From positions 38,843-102,842 of the forward strand of contig JAAUOP010000001.1 of assembly GCA_012034805.1 (NCBI GenBank): a DNA stretch of 64,000 nt, in the 5' to 3' direction. Both the position numbers and the translations under genes were made by a program. Below the pieces are notes generated by a model. The model did not search any database, was not told the origin of the DNA, and saw only the letters and a program-made list of their open reading frames with translations. Source of the stretch: Synechococcales cyanobacterium CRU_2_2. Its GTDB lineage: Bacteria > Cyanobacteriota > Cyanobacteriia > PCC-9006 > JAAUQQ01. Positions 28,786 through 39,106 of the stretch are shown here, piece after piece (within the stretch, counting starts at the first letter, position 1; every line of letters begins with the position of its first letter).

Positions 28786-29658
28786 ATGTGGAACGAAATT
28801 TGCCAACAGATTAGCCAGGCAACTGGGCGAAAGTTTGAGCTAGAGAACCGCAAATCCATCGGTGGGGCTGCATTAACGAGGTTTGCAATCACCGGTGCTG
28901 GTGCTGGCGGCGATCGCTATTTTCTCAAGCTCAACCGCGCCGAGGCCTTGCCGATGTTTGAGGCGGAAGCCCTAGGCCTCAAACAACTGGCGGCTGCCCA
29001 GGCTATCCGGGTGCCCCGACCGATTTGCTGGGGCACGGCGGGCGATGACTGCTATTTAGTGATGGAATATTTGGCGTTTGGCTCCGGAAGTTCCCAAGCT
29101 TGGGCAGACATGGGCCGACAGTTGGCAAGGCTGCACCGCTTGGCGATCAGCGATCGCGGCTTTGGCTGGCAGCGCAACAACACCATCGGCTCCACGCCGC
29201 AGATCAACAACTGGAGCCCAACCTGGAGCGAGTTTTGGACTGAGCAGCGGATTGGCTATCAACTACGGCTCGGGCAACGCCAGGGCGGGCGGTTTGAGGG
29301 AAGCGATCGCCTTCTGGCACAGATCCCACGCCTACTCAAAGGCCACAACCCGCAGCCCTCCCTAGTGCATGGCGATTTGTGGTCTGGCAATGCGGCCATC
29401 CTAGCCGATGGCACGCCGACGATTTTTGATCCGGCGGCTTACTATGGCGATCGCGAGGTAGACCTAGCCATGACCGAACTCTTCAGGGGTTTCCCCGCCG
29501 CGTTTTACCAAGGCTATGCAGAAATTTGGCCTCTGGAATCGGGCTACCAAAACCGCAAACTGCTCTACAACCTCTACCACGTCCTCAATCACTTCAATCT
29601 GTTTGGCGGCAGCTACAGCGCCCAGGCCAACCGCATGATTGAGCAATTACTGAGTTGA
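28786..29658 (+). CDS. Fructosamine kinase family protein
   Basis: YFLKLN..MFEAEALGL, FGWQRNNTIGSTPQ, PSLVHGDLWSGN, FDPAAYYGDREVDLAMTELF. Confidence 0.93.
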   Translation: MWNEICQQISQATGRKFELENRKSIGGAALTRFAITGAGAGGDRYFLKLNRAEALPMFEAEALGLKQLAAAQAIRVPRPICWGTAGDDCYLVMEYLAFGSGSSQAWADMGRQLARLHRLAISDRGFGWQRNNTIGSTPQINNWSPTWSEFWTEQRIGYQLRLGQRQGGRFEGSDRLLAQIPRLLKGHNPQPSLVHGDLWSGNAAILADGTPTIFDPAAYYGDREVDLAMTELFRGFPAAFYQGYAEIWPLESGYQNRKLLYNLYHVLNHFNLFGGSYSAQANRMIEQLLS

Positions 29659-29893
29659 TGCAAAGCCAATCAGCTCGGGCAAACGCGGTTTGTTGCGCCA
29701 AAGATTCCGGAACTTGGGATGAACCGCCTTTCATCCGGCTGTTCTCGGGTGCTTCTTTGAATCTTCACACGTAAGCTGCTGATCTACTTTTTACACAGGG
29801 GAATACAGAGGGGAGTCGAACCTTTACCCACCGATTTGCGTCTTGGGGATTCGGTTGCGGCGCTTACCCGTCACCCTCCGCAGCTTCTCTGCC

Positions 29894-30535
29894 ATGAAAT
29901 TCTCCCTTGCCCAGCAGCGTGTTGCCTTCCTGACGGCGGCCTGTCTGGGCTCGACCCAGGTACTCCCCGCCAGCGATTGGGTGGAGCAACAGGGCTTCGC
30001 GGCCTCTCAAGTTGAGGTGTACCCGTCAGAATCCCAGTCGCGAGAATCCCCGCCGCCAGAATCCCAGAGTCTTCACCCCGATGAAGAAGTTGTTTTAATG
30101 GCGGCTCCCGTCGGCGATGGTTCCCACCAGCTCGTGCTGGTGGAGCAGCGTCCCGGCAGTTGCCGATCGGCTGCGCCCACGACCCTCAACCCGCTGCTGT
30201 TGGGGTTTAACTTTGGTGGGACTTGCGATCGCACCATTGATGGCGATCGCTATTCTGTCCGAACCGGCGGTGAGGAGCTCAACTGGCGCTATGGTCTCGC
30301 AATTGTTGAATATGGACGTGAACTGCTGTTGCTGGGAATTCCGACCGATAATCCGGCGGAGGCCAAGTTGCTGATTGCCCGTAGTCGGGGAGGGAGGCGA
30401 TCGGCTGGAGCGCGGGTGCCGCTGCGGTTGGAGACGGGCTGGCGGCTGACTCAGCGTACCTACAACGGCAATATTCTGGAGCAGTTGTATCTTGCCCAGG
30501 ACAGTCTGCTGACTGAGATCGAGGTGAAAGTTTAG
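29894..30535 (+). CDS. DUF3747-like secreted protein
   Basis: Signal-like N-terminus; VLMAAP..LVLVEQ..NPLLLGFNFGGTCDRTIDGDRYSVRTGG..GWRLTQRTYNGNIL. Confidence 0.7.
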   Translation: MKFSLAQQRVAFLTAACLGSTQVLPASDWVEQQGFAASQVEVYPSESQSRESPPPESQSLHPDEEVVLMAAPVGDGSHQLVLVEQRPGSCRSAAPTTLNPLLLGFNFGGTCDRTIDGDRYSVRTGGEELNWRYGLAIVEYGRELLLLGIPTDNPAEAKLLIARSRGGRRSAGARVPLRLETGWRLTQRTYNGNILEQLYLAQDSLLTEIEVKV

Positions 30536-30553
30536 TAGACGGGTATTTAATTT

Positions 30554-31732
30554 TCAATTTGAAGCGGCAGCTTTGAGGGCTGCAATGATTTTGGTGTTGG
30601 CTTTGGGAAAGGGATATTGCTCAATTTCATCCAGCGTCACCCAAAGCATTTCATCGCATTCTAGGGGTTTGGGTTCACCGGACAGGTAGCGGCAATTGAA
30701 CACCTCCAGTGTCACTTTTAAGTGGGTGTAGGCGTGATCCAGACTCATCAGCTGATCGTCCACCGCAATCTCAATGTCGAGTTCTTCTTTCACCTCTCGC
30801 CGCACGCAATCTTCCAGACTTTCTCCAGGTTCGAGCTTCCCTCCCGGAAATTCCCAAAGGCCGCCCAGGAGACCTTCCTGGCGACGGCGATCGATCAAAA
30901 TCTTCCCCGACTTGTTCCAAATGACCGCAACGCCAATGATTTTGTGGGGCACGGGGCGAGCGGCTTCACGCATGGGTATCTCCGACTGAATGCCTAAATT
31001 GTAGGACTGACAGTGCGATCGCCAAGGACAGCGATCGCACTCCGGCTGCTTGGGCTTACACACCGTCGCTCCCAAATCCATCAACGCCTGGTTAAAATCG
31101 CGGGGATAGTCCGGATCAATCAACGCCTCAGAAATCGCCCACAGAGGGGCCAGTGCTTTGGCCGGTGGACGATCCAAGGCTACTAGTCTTGCCAGCACTC
31201 GCTTGACATTGCCATCCAAAATGGCCGTTTTTTGATTGAACGCCGCACTCAAAATGCCGCCTGCGGTGGTGCGGCCAATCCCCGGCAGCGTCAGGGCAAG
31301 CGCAAAAGTTTTGGGAAAAACACCGTCATGTTCCTGGGCCACCTGCTGGGCTGCCCGATGCAAATTGCGAGCCCGAGCGTAATAACCCAGTCCTTCCCAC
31401 TGTTTGAGGACGGCGGTTTGGTCGGCGGCGGCAAGGGCCTGAACGGTGGGAAAGGCCACGAGCCAGCGCTGGTAGTAGGGCATCACGGTTGTGACCTGGG
31501 TCTGCTGAAGCATAATCTCCGAGATCCAGATAGCGTAGGGATCACGGCTGCGACGCCAGGGGAGATCACGTCCAGTCTCGGCGTACCAAGCCAGGAGCGA
31601 TCGCCGTAGGGCGATCGCCCAGGTTGAGTCCCCAGGTAAATCCAGCCCCGAATCTAAAGACGCTTGGGGCAATTCCACCACGGTTAATTCCGGTTGCCTT
31701 GCTGCTCGATCGCCCAATGCCGCTACCCCCAT
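30554..31732 (-). CDS. mutY: A/G-specific adenine glycosylase MutY with C-terminal NUDIX (MutT) domain
   Basis: RDLPWRRSRDPYAIWISEIMLQQTQV, WEGLGYYARARN, LPGIGRTTAG, Cys cluster CKPKQPECDRCPWRSHC, NUDIX box GGKLEPGESLEDCVRREVKEE. Confidence 0.94.
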   Translation of the reverse strand: MGVAALGDRAARQPELTVVELPQASLDSGLDLPGDSTWAIALRRSLLAWYAETGRDLPWRRSRDPYAIWISEIMLQQTQVTTVMPYYQRWLVAFPTVQALAAADQTAVLKQWEGLGYYARARNLHRAAQQVAQEHDGVFPKTFALALTLPGIGRTTAGGILSAAFNQKTAILDGNVKRVLARLVALDRPPAKALAPLWAISEALIDPDYPRDFNQALMDLGATVCKPKQPECDRCPWRSHCQSYNLGIQSEIPMREAARPVPHKIIGVAVIWNKSGKILIDRRRQEGLLGGLWEFPGGKLEPGESLEDCVRREVKEELDIEIAVDDQLMSLDHAYTHLKVTLEVFNCRYLSGEPKPLECDEMLWVTLDEIEQYPFPKANTKIIAALKAAASN

Positions 31733-32043
31733 TTCGCAAGATCATCAGCTCCGACAAATCATCACCCAAATCATCACCCCTATTCGTGACCTTTCGCGAG
31801 AGAATGGATAAGTGCAAGATCTATCCCAAGAATCTCAGCAGCAAATCTCAGCTATGACGATCCGCAGCGAAAACCCGGAACAGTGCGAGCATGAGCCTCC
31901 TCAACTTTCAACGCACCTGTTACCCCCTCACCGACTTTTGCTTGCGATCTTCTGGCTGTGCTACTTGACTTCCCCCGCATCAGTTCTGCGCATCAGTTCT
32001 GCGCATCAGTTCTGCGCCCCTGCGTCTTTGCCCTTCTCCCATC

Positions 32044-33321
32044 ATGCTTAATCTAGACACCAACTTTGAACTCACCCAGGATGACTACGCCCGCTACTCG
32101 CGACACCTGATCCTGCCAGAAATTGGCCTTGAAGGTCAAAAGCGCCTCAAGGCGGCCAGCGTTCTGTGCATTGGTACAGGTGGTCTGGGCTCTCCCCTGC
32201 TGCTCTATTTGGCCGCCGCCGGAGTCGGTCGCATCGGCATCGTCGATTTCGATGTCGTTGACCACTCCAATCTGCAGCGCCAAGTTATCCATGGCACCTC
32301 CTGGGTCGGCAAACCCAAAATCGAATCTGCCAAGAATCGCATCCACGAGATCAACCCCCACTGCCAAGTCGATCTCTACGAAGTCGCCCTCAGTTCCGAC
32401 AACGCCCTCAAAATTTTGGAGCCCTACGACATCGTCGTCGATGGTACGGACAATTTTCCGACCCGTTATCTGGTCAACGACGCCTGCGTCCTGCTCAACA
32501 AGCCCAATGTCTACGGCTCGATCTTTCGATTTGAAGGCCAAGCCACCGTCTTCAACAGCACAGGCGGCTGGGCTCGCCCGGAAGGCTGGGAAGCCCTGAG
32601 TAAGGAAGAAAGGGCCGCTCGCCGCAAGAAAAACCAAGACTGGATCTACGACGACACCCTCCCTGGACCCAACTACCGTGACCTTTACCCGGATCCGCCC
32701 CCACCCGGCATGGTTCCCTCCTGCGCCGAGGGCGGTGTGTTGGGCATTTTGCCAGGAATTATCGGCATCATCCAAGCGACCGAAACCATCAAGCTCATTC
32801 TGGGCAAAGGCCGCTCCCTCAGCGGACGGCTGATGCTCTACAACTCCCTCGACATGAAGTTCCGGGAGCTAAAGCTCCAGCCCAATCCCGTTCGCCCCGT
32901 GATCGAAACCCTGATCGACTACGAGATGTTTTGCGGGATTCCCCAAGCCAACGCCGCCGAAGAGGAAGCCCAGCGTATGATTCCAGAGATGACCGCGACT
33001 GAACTGAAGACGCTGATCGATAGCGGTGCCGGTGAGTTTGTGCTGGTTGATGTGCGCAATTCCCATGAGTATGAGATTGCTCAAATTCCTGGCTCAGTCC
33101 TGATTCCGCTACCGGACATCGAAAACGGTGACGGGGTAGCCCAGGTCAAGGCCCTGCTCAGTCAAGCCCCAGGTCACAAGTTGATTGCCCACTGCAAACT
33201 GGGGGGGCGATCGGCCAAAGCCCTGGCCATCCTGCAGGAAAACGGCATCGAAGGCACCAACCTCAAAGGCGGCATCACCGCCTGGAGTGCCGATGTTGAC
33301 CCCACTGTTCCCACCTACTAG
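32044..33321 (+). CDS. moeB: Molybdopterin-synthase adenylyltransferase MoeB with rhodanese domain (MoeZ type)
   Basis: RYSRHLILPEIG, GTGGLGSP, SNLQRQ, DGTDNFPTRYLVND, PSCAEGGVLG, rhodanese HCKLGGRS. Confidence 0.95.
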   Translation: MLNLDTNFELTQDDYARYSRHLILPEIGLEGQKRLKAASVLCIGTGGLGSPLLLYLAAAGVGRIGIVDFDVVDHSNLQRQVIHGTSWVGKPKIESAKNRIHEINPHCQVDLYEVALSSDNALKILEPYDIVVDGTDNFPTRYLVNDACVLLNKPNVYGSIFRFEGQATVFNSTGGWARPEGWEALSKEERAARRKKNQDWIYDDTLPGPNYRDLYPDPPPPGMVPSCAEGGVLGILPGIIGIIQATETIKLILGKGRSLSGRLMLYNSLDMKFRELKLQPNPVRPVIETLIDYEMFCGIPQANAAEEEAQRMIPEMTATELKTLIDSGAGEFVLVDVRNSHEYEIAQIPGSVLIPLPDIENGDGVAQVKALLSQAPGHKLIAHCKLGGRSAKALAILQENGIEGTNLKGGITAWSADVDPTVPTY

Positions 33322-33343
33322 CCGATCCACCTGATCTCGTACC

Positions 33344-34696
33344 ATGCCCATTCCCGATCGCTACCACATCACCACCTTCGGCTGCCAAATGAACAAAGCC
33401 GACTCCGAGCGGATGGCTGGCATCCTCGAGGACATGGGCATGACTTGGGAAGAGAATCCGTTGGAGGCAGACTTGGTTCTCTACAACACTTGCAGCATCC
33501 GCGATAGCGCAGAGCAAAAGGTCTATTCCTATTTGGGCAAGCAGGCCAAACGTAAGCAAAAAAATCCCAACGTTACGCTGGTGATGGCAGGCTGCGTCGC
33601 CCAGCAGGAGGGCGAGGCTCTGTTGCGCCGCGTGCCCGAGCTGGATTTGATCATGGGGCCGCAGCACGCGAATCGGTTGCAGGACTTGCTCGAGCAGGTA
33701 TTTCAGGGCCATCAAGTGGTGGCGACTGAGGCGATCCACATTCTGGAAGACATTACGAAGCCTCGGCGTGACAGTGCGATCACGGCTTGGGTGAATGTGA
33801 TCTATGGCTGCAACGAACGCTGCACCTATTGTGTGGTGCCAGGGGTTCGGGGCATCGAGCAATCCCGCACACCCGAAGCTATCCGGGCGGAGATGGAGGA
33901 CGTTGCTTGCCAGGGCTTCAAGGAGGTGACGCTGCTAGGTCAAAATATCGACGCCTACGGTCGAGACTTGCCGGGGTCTACGGCTGAGGGCCGCCATCAA
34001 CATACGCTGACCGACTTGCTCTATTTTGTTCATGATGTCCCCGGCATTGAGCGGATTCGGTTTGCCACCAGTCACCCGCGCTACTTTACCGAGCGGCTGA
34101 TCAAGGCCTGCGCTGAGTTGCCCAAGGTCTGCGAGCACTTCCACATTCCGTTTCAGTCGGGCAACAACGATATCCTCAAAGCGATGGCGCGGGGGTATAC
34201 CCAGGAAAAATACCGTCGTATCATCGACAAGGTGAGACATTACCTGCCCGATGCCGCAATCACCGCTGACGCGATCGTGGCGTTTCCAGGTGAGACTGAA
34301 GCGCAATTTCAGGACACGCTCAAGTTGGTTGAAGACATTGGCTTTGACCTGGTGAATACAGCGGCCTATTCTCCTCGACCTGGCACTCCGGCGGCCACTT
34401 GGGAGAATCAGCTCTCTGAAGACGTGAAGGTCGATCGCCTGCAGCGGCTGAATCATTTGATGAGCGCCAAGGCGGCTGAGCGCTCGCACCGCTATGGCGA
34501 TCGCACCGAAGCCATCCTGGTTGAAGGCGTCAACCCTAAAGATCCCACCCAAGTCATGGGTCGCACCCGCAGCAACCGCCTCACCTTTTTCACCGGCGAC
34601 ATCGATCAACTCCGCGCCCAAACCGTTGACGTACGCATTACCGAAGTCAGACCCTTTAGCCTGACTGGGGTAGCGTTGGTTCCCAGCCAGACCTAG
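33344..34696 (+). CDS. miaB: tRNA-2-methylthio-N6-dimethylallyladenosine synthase
   Basis: [18 protein letters not shown], radical [15 protein letters not shown] domain at the C-terminus. Confidence 0.96.
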   Translation: MPIPDRYHITTFGCQMNKADSERMAGILEDMGMTWEENPLEADLVLYNTCSIRDSAEQKVYSYLGKQAKRKQKNPNVTLVMAGCVAQQEGEALLRRVPELDLIMGPQHANRLQDLLEQVFQGHQVVATEAIHILEDITKPRRDSAITAWVNVIYGCNERCTYCVVPGVRGIEQSRTPEAIRAEMEDVACQGFKEVTLLGQNIDAYGRDLPGSTAEGRHQHTLTDLLYFVHDVPGIERIRFATSHPRYFTERLIKACAELPKVCEHFHIPFQSGNNDILKAMARGYTQEKYRRIIDKVRHYLPDAAITADAIVAFPGETEAQFQDTLKLVEDIGFDLVNTAAYSPRPGTPAATWENQLSEDVKVDRLQRLNHLMSAKAAERSHRYGDRTEAILVEGVNPKDPTQVMGRTRSNRLTFFTGDIDQLRAQTVDVRITEVRPFSLTGVALVPSQT

Positions 34697-34719
34697 GGGG
34701 AAAACCTCAAGGACGCCGC

Positions 34720-35154
<435 letters not shown>

Positions 35155-35289
35155 TCAGAAGCGTACATCAGCAGATGAATCGTGGGGGGAAGTTAGACTT
35201 AAAAACCAGCGATTTGCTCCATTTCCCCCCAATAACACCTCTGCCCGACTGACTATTTCATGCAATCCACGTATGACCATCTAAGGCCA

Positions 35290-35957
35290 CTAGAATTGCG
35301 GTTGGGAGGGCAGCTGAGATGGCGGCTGGGATGGCGACGGATCCAGAAAAGGACGAACCAACATAAAGCCAGTGCCAAAAGCAGTCACAACGATAAACAG
35401 CACCATGACCACCAGCCACCAGGCGCTGAGTTCTCGTGGACCATTGGGGGACAGTTTGGGTTTCGATCGCGATACTTCACGCCCCGTGAACAACTTATTG
35501 AGAGTCTCCACTGCGGCCTGACGTTCCGGTGGTGAAGTCGGCGGCTTTCGAGCCTTGGAACGCTTTCGAATCGGGGCTTCCATGGCTTCGGGTGGTATTG
35601 CGGATGCAGGCTGAGGCAGGTGTTGAGCAGGGGAGTGAATCCCCCCCCCGTCGCCGTCTTGACCCGATGCACGTTTTAAGCCGACGTCCACAGTGCTAGG
35701 CGGTGGCGCAGAAATCTGTTGCATCTTCTGAGCCGATTCAATAATTTGATCCAGCTCAAACTGCATATGCTGATTGGTTTGCGCAAATGCCGATTTTGAG
35801 CGTGGAGGGAATCGAGCATGGTCTGCGTGGCTTGCAGTTCTGCTGCCAATTCCCGATACACCGAGATGGGAACAGCGGGGCCCGGTTGCTGGGCTGCCGC
35901 TGGTTGCGCAGGTTCACGATTGTGAACGGAGCGCTTTGAGTTCATATCAAAGTTCAT
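35290..35957 (-). CDS. Cyanobacterial hypothetical protein, coiled coil plus C-terminal TM (apparent frameshift 35778-35780)
   Basis: PAVPISVYRELAAELQATQ joins, with one extra A, to QFELDQIIESAQ...WWLVVMVLFIVVTAFGTGFMLVRP. Confidence 0.7.
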
Positions 35958-36332
35958 CTGCCTTAGCCGTTGAAGGGAAAAAGAGCAAGATCGCCGAAGT
36001 CAAGCCTAAGAGTAATGCATAACTTCCAATCTGACACCTTTTTCCTTAAAAAAACTAAAACCCTTATGGGGAAAGACTTTGAAAAGTCTTCTAGATATTG
36101 TTTGTCAAGTTGATTCGCGTGCGATCGAAGCAATATTGGCCCGGTTTCTGCGGTTCACGGATCTCACTTTCCTATTTTTTCGGTAGACTCGTAGACAGCC
36201 TAACGCTTGCGCCTGCAACACTTTCAGGCCTCTAGTCGATTTCGTCCTTTGGGAATGTCTTCTAGAATTAGACCTTTGTGCGCCGATCAAGCATCAACCC
36301 AGCATCAATCTTAGTCAGGTCATCTAAACATT

Positions 36333-36779
36333 ATGGAAGTGTCATCAGCATCTGCTCGGGAAGCCATTGAGGTGGCGGCAGGCATTAGCAGCGCCCCTGA
36401 TCTCAAGTACGGTGAGCGAGAAATTCGGGAGGGCAAGTTGATTACCTTCCCGAATCCGCGTCCGGGACGTCGGTTTGAGATCGAGATTTCACTGCCAGAA
36501 TTCACGTGCAAGTGTCCGTTTTCGGGTTATCCCGATTTTGCGACGGTTTATCTTAAGTATGTGCCGAATGAACGGGTGGTGGAGCTGAAGGCGCTGAAAC
36601 TGTATATCAATAGTTTTCGCGATCGCTACATTTCCCACGAGGAGTCCATGAACCAAATTCTCGATGACATGATCGCCACCTGTGATCCCCTAGACATCAC
36701 GATTCGAGGCGATTTCACGCCGCGCGGCAATGTCCATACTATCGTCACGGTCAACCACACCAAGGCCGACTTAGGCTAG
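36333..36779 (+). CDS. queF: NADPH-dependent 7-cyano-7-deazaguanine (preQ0) reductase
   Basis: [40 protein letters not shown]. Confidence 0.95.
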   Translation: MEVSSASAREAIEVAAGISSAPDLKYGEREIREGKLITFPNPRPGRRFEIEISLPEFTCKCPFSGYPDFATVYLKYVPNERVVELKALKLYINSFRDRYISHEESMNQILDDMIATCDPLDITIRGDFTPRGNVHTIVTVNHTKADLG

Positions 36780-38191
36780 TGAGGAAAGTCTCTTTGGGGG
36801 CATTTCAGAGGACGCCTCGGGGGGTGTTTCGCCGATTCTGCCCCCGAGAGTTTCAACCATTTCCACCAGCTCGCGCTCAAAGGTGACTTGGGCACGGTTG
36901 GTGCGTCCACCGATGTAGCAGCGATCGCCCTCCCGCAAGGCCCAGACCTGGGCGTGGGACACATAGCTCATCAATGTACTGACCATCAGTAGCCCAAACC
37001 CCAGATAGACCAGGGGAATCCCCGGATCTGCCTTGATCTGCAATCCGGTGCTGCCCATGATATCGACTAGGGTTAAGCGGAGCGGTTTGCCCGCGACCGG
37101 AATGTCTGTGGCCATTCCTTTTCGAACCGTGCCGATCAGTTTTCCATCTGCGCCATAGATCAACATCGTGCCTTGCAAATCCTTGGCCACCAGCGACACG
37201 CCCTCGCTCATGTCAGGCTTTGTTGGAATCCAGGTGCCCCAGAGCCTTCCTTGGCCCTGGGTATCGAGTTCGCCTACGGGAAACTTGAGCGTTGGGCTGT
37301 TGTTGAGCCGGACGGCGACAGCGGCGATGTTCCAGTCGGCCTGGTAAAAGGTGACACCCTTGTGGCGTAGGGGTTTGTTGACATGGATGGTTTGGCGATC
37401 GAGCTCCACCCCCTCATCGTCAATCACCGACAAATCCGAGTAGAACTGGTCGATATGGCCGTCGGGCGCATAATCGATCCAGAAGCGATTTACCTTAACA
37501 CCCCAGTCCTTGGGGATTTGGGGCTCGGAGAGCAAACCGCGATCGAAAATGTTCGTCACCTTAAACGCGACCCCCTGGGGAATCATCTCCTGGGCAAAAA
37601 AACCGCTGAGGGATCCCCAAATCGCTCCAGCCAAAATCAGCAACATGCTGGCATGAACAATAATCGGCCCGAGACGTCCTACAATTCCTCGCCGGGCGTA
37701 GAGCACGTCTCCGGCTTGATGCACTTGATAGCGCTGGCCACGCAGCAGGGTTGGCAGGGTGTCAAAGGCGCTGGCCGAAATGTCGGTGCTGAGGGCCAAT
37801 TTGTTGAACTGGCGCGGCTTGCGGTAATACTTCCAGTTGCGGGCAGACTTGAGGGTGGGCAGCTGGCGTGTGAAGGTGCAAGCCGTGAGACTGCTGCCAA
37901 ATAAAACCAAAATGGCGTAGAACCAGCCGGTGCGGTAGACATGGTCCAAGCCCAGGGCCAGCAGCACTTTCCAGCTCAGGAAGCCGAAGAGTGCCGGATC
38001 CTCTGGATAATTCGCTTGATAAAATGCCGAGGTTTGGCCCTGTTCGATCACCGTGCCGCTGATGCTGGCGATCGCGATGGTCAGCAGGAGGCGATCGCCA
38101 GCCGCAAATTGGCCAGCCAGGGCAGCAAATCTTTGCGGAAATAGCGTTTCAACCTTTGCCACGCAGAACGAGTCGTCAGATCCTGAGTCAT
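36771..38191 (-). CDS. ccs1: Cytochrome c biogenesis protein Ccs1/CcsB (ResB); true start 38191, apparent frameshift at 38090-38091
   Basis: [58 protein letters not shown]. Adding one C gives the N-terminus [25 protein letters not shown]. Confidence 0.93.
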
Positions 38192-38224
38192 ACCCAATGT
38201 CCGTCCAAATATCCGTAGGGGCCA

Positions 38225-38340
38225 AATGTCCGTCGGAGCTTAATGTTCGTCGGAGCTTAATGTCCGTCGGAACTCAATGTCCGTCGGAGCTCAATGTTCG
38301 TCGGAGCTCAATGTTCGTTGGAGCTTAATGTCCGTCGGGA
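38225..38340. repeat. 17-bp tandem repeat AATGT(C/T)CGTCGGAGCT(T/C), about 7 copies, between ccdA and ccs1
   Basis: Contiguous units with no spacers. Confidence 0.9.
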
Positions 38341-38344
38341 CAAT

Positions 38345-39106
38345 TCAAATCGCCGGAACCAAACGCGTTAACAGCGAAAACACGCCAAACCCAATCAGCA
38401 AGACCCCACTGGCTGGATTGATCCAGCCCGACCACTGACGCAAGGCCAAGAGTCGCTTCAACGTTCCCGCAAAAATTCCGGCTAGCACAATCGGCACAAC
38501 GTAGCCCAAGGCGTAGCACAGCAATAAAATCCCGCCTAGGATCGGCTGACCTGACGCCGAAATCCAGGCTAGCAGCGTCGCCAAAACCGGCGTGCTGCAA
38601 GGAGAGGCAATCAGGCCAAAGGTAATGCCTAGCGCATAGGAGCGAACACCCTGGGGCCAAGTTTTGGGCACCTCAAGGTTACCCAGACTCGGGAGCCGCA
38701 GGGGCAAAACTTCGAGTAGATTGAGTCCCATCAAAATTGCGATGAGGCTGACGGCGATCGGTAAACCCAGACCAATTTGGCCATAAACCTTGCCCAGCAA
38801 CGCCGCCATGACGCCTAATCCCGTCAGCGTCGTGGCCAAGCCCGCCGCAAACCACAGCGACTGCAGCACGGCCCGCCGGTTTCCCCTCGTGCCGTCCGCT
38901 CCCCCGCCTGTTCCGCTGTCGTAGCCTCCCAGGTAACCCAGAGTAATCGGCAGCATCGATAACATACAGGGTGTCAAGCTGGTCAGCAGACCCGCCGCGA
39001 GCATTACACCAACGCTCAGAATTGAGAGGTGGTCAAGCTGTTGGAGCACTTGGCCATTGGCCCATTGCTCCAGAAAATAAAGTCGAGTTTGTAGGGTTTC
39101 CAGCAC
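38345..39106 (-). CDS. ccdA: Cytochrome c biogenesis protein CcdA (DsbD TM domain)
   Basis: GLLTSLTPCMLSMLPIT, GLIASPCSTPVLATLL; GTG start inferred at 39106. Confidence 0.93.
   Translation of the reverse strand: MLETLQTRLYFLEQWANGQVLQQLDHLSILSVGVMLAAGLLTSLTPCMLSMLPITLGYLGGYDSGTGGGADGTRGNRRAVLQSLWFAAGLATTLTGLGVMAALLGKVYGQIGLGLPIAVSLIAILMGLNLLEVLPLRLPSLGNLEVPKTWPQGVRSYALGITFGLIASPCSTPVLATLLAWISASGQPILGGILLLCYALGYVVPIVLAGIFAGTLKRLLALRQWSGWINPASGVLLIGFGVFSLLTRLVPAI

Noticed and set aside
36030..36060. preQ1-I riboswitch upstream of queF (AAAAAAACTAA at 36048-36058)
   Set aside because: The A-rich tail matches, but no P1 stem with a conserved loop precedes it, and it lies about 275 nt from the queF start.
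38225..38340. CRISPR array
   Set aside because: The 17-bp units are contiguous with no unique spacers, and there are no cas genes in the window.
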